64,000 nucleotides of DNA, from NCBI GenBank assembly GCA_016710585.1, contig JADJVN010000002.1:87791-151790 (forward strand), in the 5' to 3' direction. The notes under the pieces were generated by a model, which was not told the origin of the DNA, made no database searches, and was given only the letters and a program-made list of their open reading frames with translations. Below are positions 26,676 through 37,894 of this stretch, one piece after another. Position 1 is the first letter of the stretch, and every line of letters starts with the position of its first letter. This DNA comes from Saprospiraceae bacterium. Its GTDB lineage: Bacteria > Bacteroidota > Bacteroidia > Chitinophagales > Saprospiraceae. A program made the translations under genes and the position numbers.

Positions 26676-29186
26676 ATGAGTGTTCAAATAAAATGGTTTT
26701 TTTTCTTTCTATTATCTTGTTTTGTTTTTACAGATGTGAAGACCCAAGATCTACTTATCCAAGGGGAAGTTAAAGATCAAAGTACGGGGGAGAAACTTGA
26801 ATTTGTAACAGTTTACATAGCCAATACAAAATACTTTGCAGAGACGAATCAACAAGGTAGGTTTGAAATGAAAATCCCATTTCAAAATACGGTTATCCTT
26901 AATTTTTCTAAATTGGGTTATGAGAAATCAAAAAAGTCAATAAGGTTTTCAATAGGAATTAACGAATATCAAGTAGATCATGTCCTTAAAGCTTTAATCC
27001 AAACAGATGTCGTCATTAAAGAATCTTCTCTGAACAAAGGAACAGAGATAAGAGAGCAAGCTAAATCATTTGAATTGCTTCCCACGGTGAGTGGTAATAT
27101 AGAAAGTGTGTTGCCAAGCATAGCATTAGGTGTGAGAACTAGCGCAGGAGGAGAGTTGAGTAGTCAATACAGTGTGCGTGGAGGAAGCTATGATGAGAAT
27201 CTTGTTTTCGTAAATGATTTTGAGATTTATAGACCACAATTAATACGCAATGGTCAGCAAGAAGGGCTTTCTTTTCCCAATGCTGATTTGATTCGTGAAT
27301 TGAGTTTTTCATCAGGAGGATTTGAATCAAAATTTGGAGATAAACAAGCTTCAGTATTAGATATAAAATATAAAGTACCCGATTCACTGAGAGCAAGTGT
27401 GGTAGCTAGCTTTTTAGGGCTCTCATCACATGTTGAAGGGAGTACAAGATTATTCAAAAATAAATTGAGGTATCTCATCGGTGCGAGATATAAGAGCAAT
27501 AGTTATCTATTGAGTTCATTGGATGTGAAAGGGGAATATCAACCGCAGTTTTTTGATTTGCAATCCTATGTGAGCTACGATCTCTCACCCGCACTGCAAT
27601 TAGCCTGGATTTCCAATTGGAATAAAAGTAAGTTTAGTTTGATTCCAGAAGAGTCAAGTGTCGCAAAGGGTTCAGCTTTTTTATTGATAAGATTAAATAC
27701 TTTTTTTGAAGGCAAAGAGATTGATGAGTTTGATCAAAAGATGACTGGATTAAGTTTAACTTATTTTCCAAAGAATAAAAAGAATCCTTATTATTTTAAA
27801 TTAATTTCTTCAGTAAATAAAGGTGTAGAAGCTGAACAATTTGATATCCTTGGATACTATAGATTGACAGAGATCGAGACAGGTGGAAAAGATGATGAAG
27901 GAAAAGAGGTAAAGCTTTGGGGAGAAGGCACTCAACATGTATTCGCAAGAAATTATTTGAATAGTTTTATACATCAACATGAATGGCGAGGCGGTATCGA
28001 TCTCAGTGCAAATGAAAAATTAGATCAATTTATACAAGGAGGCATTGGGGTAAAAGTGGACAAATTCGATGATAAATTGAACGAATGGGAGCGTATAGAT
28101 TCTGCTGGTTTTTCATTGCCTTATGATGGGAAAGTACTTCGACTGAACAATGTATACAAAGGATCTGTACAGGTCAATAATCAAAAATATTTTGCATGGA
28201 TTCAAGATGAAATTCAATGGATCGCCAATTCAAAATGGAGTATGAAATTTATTCCAGGTATTAGAGCAAATTATACCAGTTTGAATGATGAGGCATATAT
28301 TAATCCACGAATGAAGATAGAGATCAGCCCACGAAAATTTAATTCATCATTGCTTTATTGGCTTTCTGGTGGCTATTATTTTCAACCTCCTTTCTATAGA
28401 GAGATGAGGCGACCTGATGGCAGCTTGAACTCCAACTTGCGATCTCAGAAGTCAATTCATGCAGTGCTTGGTATGAAGCGAGATTTTATGTGGAGAAAAG
28501 TATCTGAGACACCGTTCAGATGGATCTCTGAGATCTATGTCAAAGATCTGTGGGATGTGGTAAGTTATGAATTGGAAAATGTGCGGATAAGATATGCAGG
28601 AGAGAATAATGCAAATGCCTATGCAATCGGATGGGATAATAGGATCAACGGGGAGTTTGCATCAGGCGCAGAGTCTTGGGTGAACATTTCATTTCTGCGC
28701 ACTCGTGAGTCTTTAATTGGTATCCAACATAAGGAGCGAGTAGCGGGTCAAAGTGAAGGAAAAAATATTAAAGATGTATCGAGGCCAACCGATCAATTAT
28801 TTTCCATTGGATTGTTTTTTCAGGACTATTTACCAAAGAATAAAAACTGTAAAATGCATATGAACACTGTGGTCGCCACAGGTCTTCCATACGGTTTCAA
28901 AGGAGACAATGAAGTCTATCGCAATGAATACCGATTTAAGCCATACCACAGAGTTGATATTGGATTCTCATATCTCTTATGGGACAGACATATGAAAGGA
29001 AATAAATCGAGACATCCCTTGAGATTCACTAGAAGCACTTGGCTAAGCGCAGAAGTATTTAATCTACTTAAAATCCGCAATGAAGCCTCAGTATCATGGA
29101 TTAAATCAGTTTACAATTACCAATTTGCCATTCCAAATTACCTCAGTTCTCGAAGGATTAATATCAAGGTGAGGATGGATTTTTGA
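26676..29186 (+). CDS. TonB-dependent receptor-like outer-membrane protein (CarboxypepD_reg + plug + barrel)
   Basis: 836 aa with a signal peptide. IQGEVKDQSTGEKLEFVTVYI...TNQQGRFEM. Plug motif SVRGGSYDENLVFVNDFEIYRP. Confidence 0.8.
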   Translation: MSVQIKWFFFFLLSCFVFTDVKTQDLLIQGEVKDQSTGEKLEFVTVYIANTKYFAETNQQGRFEMKIPFQNTVILNFSKLGYEKSKKSIRFSIGINEYQVDHVLKALIQTDVVIKESSLNKGTEIREQAKSFELLPTVSGNIESVLPSIALGVRTSAGGELSSQYSVRGGSYDENLVFVNDFEIYRPQLIRNGQQEGLSFPNADLIRELSFSSGGFESKFGDKQASVLDIKYKVPDSLRASVVASFLGLSSHVEGSTRLFKNKLRYLIGARYKSNSYLLSSLDVKGEYQPQFFDLQSYVSYDLSPALQLAWISNWNKSKFSLIPEESSVAKGSAFLLIRLNTFFEGKEIDEFDQKMTGLSLTYFPKNKKNPYYFKLISSVNKGVEAEQFDILGYYRLTEIETGGKDDEGKEVKLWGEGTQHVFARNYLNSFIHQHEWRGGIDLSANEKLDQFIQGGIGVKVDKFDDKLNEWERIDSAGFSLPYDGKVLRLNNVYKGSVQVNNQKYFAWIQDEIQWIANSKWSMKFIPGIRANYTSLNDEAYINPRMKIEISPRKFNSSLLYWLSGGYYFQPPFYREMRRPDGSLNSNLRSQKSIHAVLGMKRDFMWRKVSETPFRWISEIYVKDLWDVVSYELENVRIRYAGENNANAYAIGWDNRINGEFASGAESWVNISFLRTRESLIGIQHKERVAGQSEGKNIKDVSRPTDQLFSIGLFFQDYLPKNKNCKMHMNTVVATGLPYGFKGDNEVYRNEYRFKPYHRVDIGFSYLLWDRHMKGNKSRHPLRFTRSTWLSAEVFNLLKIRNEASVSWIKSVYNYQFAIPNYLSSRRINIKVRMDF

Positions 29187-29258
29187 TTAATGTGTTAATT
29201 TGATAATGATGATAAAAGCTAATGTGATATTGATTAATGTATTATTTGTTAGAAAATC

Positions 29259-29288
29259 TTGGATTATTGATAAAAATTCATAACTTTG
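29259..29288 (+). promoter_or_regulatory. Full Bacteroidota sigma-A promoter (TTG-N19-TAACTTTG) upstream of rpsP
   Basis: TTG at 29259-29261, exactly 19 nt of spacer, then TAACTTTG at 29281-29288. This predicts a ~75-nt leader before the ATG at 29369. Confidence 0.6.
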
Positions 29289-29368
29289 CAGCGCTTAAGC
29301 CAAAATGGTCAGTTAAACTGAGTTATTTGGTAAAGGTCTAATTTAATCATTCATTTAAAATCTAACAA

Positions 29369-29893
29369 ATGGCCGTAAAACTAAGATTACAGCGAAAAGG
29401 ACGTAAAAAAGCACCTTATTACCACATTGTTGTGGCAGATTCTAGGTCTCCAAGAGATGGAAAATTTATCGAAAGATTGGGTATGTACAATCCAATATCA
29501 AAGCCAGCTATCATCGAATTGGATAGCGATAGAGCTTTTTATTGGTTGGGTGTAGGAGCACAGCCTACAGATACAGTTAATGCAATCTTGAAATACAAAG
29601 GCGTATTATACCGCAAACATCTTCAAAGAGGTGTAAAGAAGGGCGCATTCTCTCAAGAAACAGCAGACAAGATGTATCAGGATTGGATCGCTGCAAAAGA
29701 ATCTACAATCTCTTCAAAAGTAGCAGCAAGAAAGCAAGAAATTGCAGATATGCATAAGGCAATAAGCGGGACTAAAAAAGAAGCAAAGCCAAAACCAGTA
29801 GTAGAAGAGGCTCCAGCAGTTGAAGAATCTGCAGTGAGCGAAGAAACAGCAGCTCCAGAAGTATCTACTGAAGAGACTGCACCTGCAGAATAA
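29369..29893 (+). CDS. rpsP: 30S ribosomal protein S16 with Ala/Glu/Pro-rich C-terminal extension
   Basis: MAVKLRLQRKGRKKAPYYHIVVADSRSPRDGKFIERLGMYNP. 174 aa, including a low-complexity tail. Confidence 0.95.
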   Translation: MAVKLRLQRKGRKKAPYYHIVVADSRSPRDGKFIERLGMYNPISKPAIIELDSDRAFYWLGVGAQPTDTVNAILKYKGVLYRKHLQRGVKKGAFSQETADKMYQDWIAAKESTISSKVAARKQEIADMHKAISGTKKEAKPKPVVEEAPAVEESAVSEETAAPEVSTEETAPAE

Positions 29894-29992
29894 AAAATTT
29901 GAAACTATTATAATTCTAAAATAAAAATTTGATAATTTACTATTTTTAGAATAAAATATTTAGAATTATTAAAATTACAAAATATCCCACGA

Positions 29993-30023
29993 CCTAGTAG
30001 ATAGTTTTTTCTACTAGGTTTTG
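29993..30023 (+). terminator. Rho-independent terminator after rpsP
   Basis: CCTAGTAGA-tagtttttt-TCTACTAGG, a 9-bp perfect stem, followed by TTTT. Confidence 0.55.
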
Positions 30024-30043
30024 TCATTGTTAAAAATGAAATT

Positions 30044-31432
30044 ATGCAAAATCTAAATGACGATTACAAAGAGAGACTTCAAGCGGTAGCTGAGGTAATC
30101 CAAGGTTCTGATGAACTTGCAGCATATCTGGACGAAGAGTCTCATGAGTTGTACAAAGTATTGCAAGATACCTATGAACCCTTGGTAGCTGAGATCTATC
30201 AAGAGGTTGCAGAAAACGATCCTTTACAAATTAAAGCCTTGGAACAAGTTTTACTCAATCCTTATTTTGAAGGGCTTTTCTTGCCAAGGATTCTTGGATA
30301 TTCGGTCCTAAGAGGTGAAGTCAATGATGAGCTAAAATATACTAGACCACAAGAGGATTTCAAAAAAGTATTGCATGTCATAGCGAGTTCTGCCAATTTC
30401 GATCAGTTGAAGCAAAGAATAGGGCAAACAGTGCAAGTTGGTTTCTCATTGAGTAGTGAAATTTGGATTACCAATCTTTTGGAGCAAATCGAGAATAAAA
30501 AAGTGAGGGCATTCTTACAAAGTATGCGTCATGATCGATTCAGAGATCTCAACGAAAGACGTAATTTGTTGGAGCGATACAAGAAACAATTCTCACATTA
30601 TAATTTTTATACTGCTGAGTTTCCAGACACAATCAATGAATTGAAAGTAGAGTTCAGTGCATTGAGATCATTTTTGTTGAACAGAATAAAATTCAAATCC
30701 AAGCACGATAGTTATACTAAGGAGATCCATGAGATTATATCAAAAAAGCAATTCTCCAAAGAGAAGGAGTATTTGGAATTGGTGTCTATTATAGCCCATT
30801 TTATTGATCTCAATGAGAATGAGTCAGTGCATCTCAAGACTGCTTTAAACGCATGTCGATCTGAGAATCCAAGTTTCAATCAGTATTATTTCCAGTTCTT
30901 AAAGAGAGAGCTAAAGCAAAGGCCTTCAAATATCACACCTGAAGCTGATAAAAAATTTAGCAGTTTATTGGACAGAACTAATGCTGATGATTTAGTGAGA
31001 TTTTACAATATCATCGATACGATTCATAGCAAAGGATTCATACATGAAGATGTGCTTGATGGGGTGAATGCTTTCTACTCACAATATGAAGGAATGTCCA
31101 TAAACAACGAATGTCTTCGATTGTCGATCAGTAATCTTTTTTATAAAGTTGTGAGCAATCTGAGCTGTCCAGAATACCATGCCTTTTTTGAGTTGAACAA
31201 AACATTTGGGGCATATATCAATATTTTCTCCAACTCTGCTTTCAGTCAAGATGTGGAGAATATGTGCATGGACTATGTGAACAAATTACTGGCATTCTAC
31301 AAGGATAAGCGATCAAAGGAATACCAAGAAATTAAAAAATTGGTAAGCTCTAATTTTACGGAATTAGAATTTTTGAGCGATAAGGAATTGGTTGAATTAT
31401 TCAAGATCAAAAGGAAGAAGAAAGAAGATTAA
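30044..31432 (+). CDS. Hypothetical soluble protein, 462 aa
   Basis: Long ORF with coding-like composition, predicted mostly helical, ending in the basic tail KRKKKED. No family recognised. Confidence 0.6.
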   Translation: MQNLNDDYKERLQAVAEVIQGSDELAAYLDEESHELYKVLQDTYEPLVAEIYQEVAENDPLQIKALEQVLLNPYFEGLFLPRILGYSVLRGEVNDELKYTRPQEDFKKVLHVIASSANFDQLKQRIGQTVQVGFSLSSEIWITNLLEQIENKKVRAFLQSMRHDRFRDLNERRNLLERYKKQFSHYNFYTAEFPDTINELKVEFSALRSFLLNRIKFKSKHDSYTKEIHEIISKKQFSKEKEYLELVSIIAHFIDLNENESVHLKTALNACRSENPSFNQYYFQFLKRELKQRPSNITPEADKKFSSLLDRTNADDLVRFYNIIDTIHSKGFIHEDVLDGVNAFYSQYEGMSINNECLRLSISNLFYKVVSNLSCPEYHAFFELNKTFGAYINIFSNSAFSQDVENMCMDYVNKLLAFYKDKRSKEYQEIKKLVSSNFTELEFLSDKELVELFKIKRKKKED

Positions 31433-31437
31433 TTGAT

Positions 31438-32190
31438 GTGATCAATGCATTGATTTATACTTTCCAATCTTATATTCAAGGATTGAAATATTTTTTCAAT
31501 CGCAAGATAATCTTTTATATTTTTCTGATTTTATTGATTGGTGGTATTACTGCATTTTATACTTTTACTTTAGTGTGGAATGAAAGTGATTCATTATTGA
31601 AAATGATTATTGGAAATATTGACTGGATATCTGATCGCGGATATCTAAGCACTGCATTCGAATGGATCATTAAGATTTTTGGCTCTGCATTTATTCTTAT
31701 CTTATATCGATATTTTTTCTACATCATTTGTAGTCCAATCTTGTCATTGATTTCTGAGGAGATAGAAAGATTATTTTATTTATCGAAAGGCATCATTGCC
31801 CCTAAAAATGAACTTCCATTGATTTCATCTTTTTGGAGAAGTTTAAGAATGAATGGCAGAAATTTATTTATTGAATTGAGTATCACAGTCATTTTATTTT
31901 TATTGAGCATCATTCCGATCGTCGGATTTATTTTTGCAGCGATATCTTCAATGGTTTCTGCATATTTTATTGGCGTATCGAATTTTGATATTTCGGTAGA
32001 GCGTTATTATAAGTTTGACACGTCTTTGATATGGTATTCTATGCATCGTTTTGATGCCTTATTTCAGGGAATAGTTTACATGATCATATTTTGGATTCCA
32101 GTAATAGGATGGATGGCAATGCCAATCATTTCAACTATGACCACTACGATTCATTTTTGTAAGCTTTTTGAAGCAAGTAAGACAAGTTAA
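31438..32190 (+). CDS. Integral membrane protein, possibly EI24/CysZ-like
   Basis: 250 aa with about 4-6 TM segments. GTG start 5 nt after the preceding stop. CSPILSLISEEIERL resembles the EI24/CysZ loop motif, but this recall is weak. Confidence 0.5.
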   Translation: MINALIYTFQSYIQGLKYFFNRKIIFYIFLILLIGGITAFYTFTLVWNESDSLLKMIIGNIDWISDRGYLSTAFEWIIKIFGSAFILILYRYFFYIICSPILSLISEEIERLFYLSKGIIAPKNELPLISSFWRSLRMNGRNLFIELSITVILFLLSIIPIVGFIFAAISSMVSAYFIGVSNFDISVERYYKFDTSLIWYSMHRFDALFQGIVYMIIFWIPVIGWMAMPIISTMTTTIHFCKLFEASKTS

Positions 32191-32208
32191 CTTCAATCTA
32201 CTAAAAGT

Positions 32209-32270
32209 GGTAACCCAGATTTTTATTGCCTAATTTAACCTTCTAAATTGGAAATGAAATCTGGGTTACA
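32209..32270. terminator. Long-loop inverted repeat between convergent genes (possible bidirectional terminator)
   Basis: GGTAACCCAGATTT (32209-32222) pairs with AAATCTGGGTTAC (32258-32270) around a ~35-nt loop. Confidence 0.4.
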
Positions 32271-32281
32271 ATAAATATGAA

Positions 32282-34414
32282 CTACTCGTCGTGATGATCT
32301 TTGTGATGAGCTGCCCATTCTTGAGATAATTTTTGTTGGACATCTGGCGTGACTGGCGCATACTCTAAAAATTTCATTGAAAATTTTGCTTTGCCTTGTG
32401 TCAACGATCTAAGCGTCGAAGAATAATTATGCATTTCAGACAATGGTACTTTAGCTTTTATTTTTTGATAATGACCTTCAGTATCCATTCCCAATATCAT
32501 AGCTCTTCGCGTTTGAAGATCACCCATTACCTCTCCAGTGACATGATCTGAACATAGTATTTCTAATTCATTCACTGGCTCTAATACTTGTGGTGCTGCA
32601 AGATGGAATGCCTCTTTGAAGGCCATTGTTCCTGCAGTCTGGAAAGCCATATCATTGCTATCTACAGGATGCATTTTACCGTCATAGATGGATACTCGAA
32701 CATCTGTGCAATAAGATCCAGTAAGAGGTCCTTCTATCATTTTGTTCATCACTCCCTTTTGGATGGCATTAGAGAATTTTGTATCTATGGATCCTCCTAC
32801 AATGCACCAAAAAAACACGATCTTTCCTCCCCAATCAAGATCATCTGTTCCTCTCTGCCTCACTGTAAGTCCTGCTGGATCAGGCATACCTTCGTAATAG
32901 GGTTCTATTCTCATATGAACTTCAGCAAATTGACCTGCTCCACCAGATTGTTTTTTGTGTCGGTAAACAGTGTCAGCACTTCGTGTTATGGTCTCAAGAT
33001 ATGGGATTTTTGGCTTGATGAATTCGATGTGTAGATTATACATTTTTTCGATTCTGTATTTAATCACATCTAAATGCAATTGGCCTTGTCCATGGAGTAT
33101 GTTCTGCTTTAAACGTTGAGATTGTTCTAGAACCAATGTAGGGTCTTCTTCTTGGATATCGTGAATGGCTTTGATTAATTTCTCAAGATCATTTTTATTT
33201 TCAGTTTGAAATGCCGTCCTTATTCTAGGCTGAGGGAATGGGGTTGGTTCGATCTGCAATTCTCTACCTTTGGTACTTAAAGTATCATTGGTGTGACTGT
33301 CTTTAAGTTTGACCATACAACCAAGATCACCTGCAACTAATTCAGCAACGGGTTCTCTGTTTTTTCCATTTGATATAAAAATTTGATTGACTCTCTCATG
33401 AGCCCTATTCGAAGCATTGATTAGTTCATCCCCATTTCTAAGTGTACCAGAATATACCTTGAAATAGGATACCTTTCCTACTTTAGGTTCGGACATTGTT
33501 TTATAAATAAATATAGAGACTGGACCTCCTGCTTGAATTGGCAACTCACCTTCTACTAATTTTGCTGCTGGTCTGTCATTGGGAGCAGGACAAATATCAC
33601 TTACAAATCCCATGATCCTACCACTGCCCATATTCTCCAAAGCTGAACAGCAAAACACAGGACACAGTGTTAACTTTGCTAGACCTTTTCTCAAGCCGTG
33701 AGCAAGTTCAATTTCATCTAGAGTGCCGGATTCAAAAAAATGTTCCATTAAAGTATCATCATTTTCTGCTGCAGCTTCTACGATAGCATTGTGCATTTTT
33801 TGCGCTTTTTCCATTTCAGAATCTGGAATCGCTTTTTTTATTGGTTTGCCACCGTCTGATGGGAATTCATACATCACCATGCGAAGTGCATCAATGATTT
33901 TATTGAAGTCCTTACCTTGATTTAATGGATATTGGAATGGGATTAATTTATGTCCAAATCTTGATTGGGCTTGTTCTAATGTATTGTCAAAGTCAGATTT
34001 TTCATGATCACATTGGTTGATAATAAAAATACTCGGCAGTTCAAATTTTTCAATATATTCCCATAAAATCTCTGTACCAACTTCAACACCATGAGCAGCA
34101 TTTAGAGTGACCAATCCACAGTCCGCTACTTTAATTGAAGATAATATCTCACCAATAAAATCATCAGAACCCGGGGTATCTATTATATTAATTTTTGAAG
34201 ACTTCCAACTGGCGTGCATCAATTTAGAGAACAAAGAAGATTTTCGTTCTTGTTCAATCTCAGTAAAATCAGAAATCGTATTCGCGGCATCTATAGACCC
34301 TCTCCTATTGATAGCCTTAGCCTCGTAAAGCATGTCTTCAATCAGAGTAGTCTTGCCGCTGTGCGAGTGTCCTAGCATGACGATATTGCGAATGTGTTTT
34401 GGATCTTTAATCAT
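32282..34414 (-). CDS. Elongation factor G paralog (EF-G2-like translational GTPase) with divergent G motifs
   Basis: 710 aa with the five-domain EF-G layout. G1 GHSHSGKTT. G3 DTPGSDDF (canonical DTPGHVDF). G4 NQCD (canonical NKMD). Tail EWAAHHKDHHDE. Confidence 0.85.
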   Translation of the reverse strand: MIKDPKHIRNIVMLGHSHSGKTTLIEDMLYEAKAINRRGSIDAANTISDFTEIEQERKSSLFSKLMHASWKSSKINIIDTPGSDDFIGEILSSIKVADCGLVTLNAAHGVEVGTEILWEYIEKFELPSIFIINQCDHEKSDFDNTLEQAQSRFGHKLIPFQYPLNQGKDFNKIIDALRMVMYEFPSDGGKPIKKAIPDSEMEKAQKMHNAIVEAAAENDDTLMEHFFESGTLDEIELAHGLRKGLAKLTLCPVFCCSALENMGSGRIMGFVSDICPAPNDRPAAKLVEGELPIQAGGPVSIFIYKTMSEPKVGKVSYFKVYSGTLRNGDELINASNRAHERVNQIFISNGKNREPVAELVAGDLGCMVKLKDSHTNDTLSTKGRELQIEPTPFPQPRIRTAFQTENKNDLEKLIKAIHDIQEEDPTLVLEQSQRLKQNILHGQGQLHLDVIKYRIEKMYNLHIEFIKPKIPYLETITRSADTVYRHKKQSGGAGQFAEVHMRIEPYYEGMPDPAGLTVRQRGTDDLDWGGKIVFFWCIVGGSIDTKFSNAIQKGVMNKMIEGPLTGSYCTDVRVSIYDGKMHPVDSNDMAFQTAGTMAFKEAFHLAAPQVLEPVNELEILCSDHVTGEVMGDLQTRRAMILGMDTEGHYQKIKAKVPLSEMHNYSSTLRSLTQGKAKFSMKFLEYAPVTPDVQQKLSQEWAAHHKDHHDE

Positions 34415-34617
34415 GACTTTAATTTTTTATGATGAGATAATGCTTCAAGGTAATATTTATTGAGTAATTATTTTAATTTCTTCAGATCAATTTTTTTTGA
34501 ATTAATAATATATTTTTTTTAATAATATTTAAAAGTTAAATAAACATTAAATTGAGTATTAATATCAATTGTAATTAAAATATTAATAATTTTACAAGGC
34601 ATAATTAAAGCTTTAAT

Positions 34618-37000
34618 ATGATTAAACCTTTGTTGACATTTTATCTCATTTGGTTTTGTTTTTATTTTGGTTCTTCTCAGAGTACCGCGACAATTTATGG
34701 AACCATCACTGATGGGAATACTGGGGAGCAAATGATCTCAGCTATAGTTTTCGATCAAAACAGTTTGCTTGGCACGAATTCAAATAATTACGGATTTTAT
34801 TCTTTGAGCTTACCCGTAGGGAAGGTCTCATTGAAATATCAATACATTGGTTTTGAACCCGAGTTTGATAAATTTAATTCTGACAAAGGATACAATTATT
34901 AACATAGGGCTTGTCTCTGGATTGACCTTATCAGAAGTCCAGATTAGTTCCAATAAGGAGGAAAAAATAGATCGATCTACACGTATGAGTACCATAGATG
35001 TACCACTCGAGCAAATTAAAAAAGTACCTGCATTATTTGGAGAGGTCGATGTGTTGAAAGTGCTCCAATTATTACCGGGTGTAAGTGGTGGAACAGAAGG
35101 GACTAGTGGTTTCTATGTGAGAGGAGGAAGTCCTGATCAAAATCTGATTTTACTAGATGGAGTTCCAGTATACAATGTCTCTCATGTAGGTGGAATTTTT
35201 TCGACCTTTAATAGTGACGCATTAAAGAATGTAACCCTGACTAAAGGTGGATTTCCAGCAAGATATGGTGGTAGACTTTCTTCAATACTCGAGATCAATA
35301 TGAAGGAAGGCAATACAAATGAATTTCACGGCGAAGGAGGCTTTGGTATAATTGCTTCTCGTTTAACTCTAGAAGGTCCTATAAAAAAAGACAAGGCATC
35401 ATTCATGATTTCAGGGCGGCGCACTTATTTGGATCTTATTGCAAAAGCCTTACTTAGTTTAGATAAAGAGACAAAAGATGAAGTAGGGAAATTTTCATTG
35501 TTTTTTCATGACTTGAATGCTAAAGTGAATTGGAAACTAAATCAAAAGCATAGACTTTACTTGAGTTCTTATTTTGGGAAAGATCAATTTGGCGTATCAT
35601 GGAATGATACTTATTTTAGTGGTGATGATTACGATAGAGGAGAATCCAATATCAATTGGGGAAATATTACTACAGCTTTGCGATGGAATTATGGGATAAG
35701 GCCAAATTTATTTTCCAATGCCACATTAACTTATAGTCGGTTTAAGTTTAATTTGTTAGGTGCTTTTGAAAGTAAATTTAATGAGGATTTTAGTAGCTAT
35801 GCTGCAAAATATTTTTCTGGAATAGAAGATTTAGCTGCAAAAATTGATTTTGATTATTTACCCAATCCAAGGCATTCTATAAAATTTGGGTCGCAGCTCA
35901 TACATCATACCTATAGTCCTGGCGCATTCAATTTTAAGTTTGAAGAAAAAGTACAAGGAGGCGGAATTGAGAAATTTGACACATTATTGGGGCCACCAAA
36001 AACAAAGTCTATTGAATCTGCAACTTATGTCGAAGATGATATACGTTTTGGTTCTTTTGGCTTAAATCTAGGTTTGCATTTTAGTACTTTCACCGTACCT
36101 CAAAAAAGCTATTTTTCACTTCAACCACGGATAGCAGCTCGGTATTTATTGTCAAAAGATTATACAGTTAAAGCATCCTTTGCCAGTATGACGCAGTATA
36201 TCAATTTATTGACCAATGAAGGGATAGGGTTGCCAACGGATCTGTGGGTGCCCAGTACAAAAAATATTTTACCTCAGCAATCATGGCAAGCTGCTGCAGG
36301 AGTGGTAAAAATATTCCGCGATCAGTATGAGACAAGTGTTGAACTTTTTTATAAACAAATGCATGATGTGATCGCATATAAAGAGGGTTCTAGTTATTTA
36401 GATATCAGTGATAGCTGGGAGGATAAAATAACACAAGGAGATGGAAAGGCATATGGCGCAGAATTTTTTGTCCAAAAAAAGAAAGGAAAATTAAATGGTT
36501 GGATAGGTTATACCTTATCATGGAATAATAGAAAATTTGAAGAAATCAATGGAGGTGAATCTTATAGATATAAATATGACAGACGACATGATTTTGAGAT
36601 TGTTGCTAATTATCAACTGAGTAAAAGATGGTCTATGAGTGGCTCTTGGCAATTTGCTACTGGAAATGCAGTGACATTGCCAGTAATAAAATATCTTTCC
36701 ATTTCTGAATATTATAAAAATGAGTATTACCAAAAAGATGTCTTTATCAATGGAAAGAAAAATGCTTATACCATGCCATCATATCATCGTCTAGATTTAG
36801 GCTTTGAATATCGAAAAAAGAAAAAAAGATTTGAGTCAGCATGGGTTTTAGGAGTTTATAATGCTTATAATCGAGCGAATCCTTTTTTTCTAATTCCTTC
36901 TCAAAAGACAGATGATGCTACTGGCGTTACTAAAACTGTATTTAAAAAAGTAAGTATCTTACCTATCATTCCAAATATTTCATATCAATTTAAATTTTAA
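34618..37000 (+). pseudogene. TonB-dependent receptor (CarboxypepD_reg type) with a +1 frameshift near 34855-34866
   Basis: ORF 34618-34902 (signal peptide plus IYGTITDGNTGEQMISAIV...KYQYIGFEP) and ORF 34847-37000 (...INLILTKDTIINIGL..., plug YVRGGSPDQNLILLDGVPVYN, barrel ending ISYQFKF) are one receptor. 2383 nt is 1 more than a whole frame. Confidence 0.8.
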
Positions 37001-37002
37001 TT

Positions 37003-37857
37003 ATGAGAAAATTATTTTATATTTTAATGGTCATTAGTTTTGCTTCATGTCAAGATTTTTTCTTGCAAGAAGTTGATGTGAAAATAGATAAGTATCCAAA
37101 AGGAGTCGCTGTCACAGCGATATGGGTCAATGCGCAAGAAGGAGGAAAAATTTTTATTTCTGAGGCTAATCCAATTTTGGATTCAACACCTCAGGTTATA
37201 ACCAATGCAGAAATTAAAGTCAGTTCGACAAAGGGCTCCATTTGGGGTATTTCAACAATAGATAGCGACGGTGCATTTGATTGCATTCCAAATAATTCAG
37301 TTGCAATAGGAGATAAACTTTCACTTCAAATAAAGGTGGCGAATTTTCCAGAATTGACTGCTTCACAGATAGTGCCAGATACAGTAAGTCTTAAGTCATT
37401 TGAATTTATTTTAAATGGTTTCTCTAATCCAGATGGATATAAGGAAAATTTGTACAAAATAAATTTAGATGATCCCATTGGTAAAAATTATTATGGAGTA
37501 AAAATAGTTCAATTGGATGAACAAGGAAATGAGTCAAGACTTTATTTGTCAAGTTCCGATCAATACTATAAAGGAGAGAGTGATTCTCAAGTTCACCTAT
37601 TTAATGATCACCTATTCAATGGAAAAAATATCACGTTAAATTTGCACGGCAGTAATTGGAATGGCAATGAAGGCAAAATTATTATTTATTTGTATAATCT
37701 TTCAGAAGATTTATATCGATATTTTTATGCTGAAGGAATAAAAGGGGAAGATGAAGAAAATCCATTTCAAGAACCTGTGGTCATCCCACAAAACATAGCA
37801 AATGGCTATGGAATATTTGGAATAGCGAGCTGTACAAAAAAAATAGTTGAATTGTAA
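37003..37857 (+). CDS. DUF4249-like lipoprotein, the usual partner of this receptor class
   Basis: Signal MRKLFYILMVISFASC. C-terminal NGYGIFGIAS motif. Starts 2 nt after the receptor stop. Confidence 0.65.
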   Translation: MRKLFYILMVISFASCQDFFLQEVDVKIDKYPKGVAVTAIWVNAQEGGKIFISEANPILDSTPQVITNAEIKVSSTKGSIWGISTIDSDGAFDCIPNNSVAIGDKLSLQIKVANFPELTASQIVPDTVSLKSFEFILNGFSNPDGYKENLYKINLDDPIGKNYYGVKIVQLDEQGNESRLYLSSSDQYYKGESDSQVHLFNDHLFNGKNITLNLHGSNWNGNEGKIIIYLYNLSEDLYRYFYAEGIKGEDEENPFQEPVVIPQNIANGYGIFGIASCTKKIVEL

Positions 37858-37894
37858 TAGTTTATTTTTAACTTTACTTTTAAAATCAATTTAT

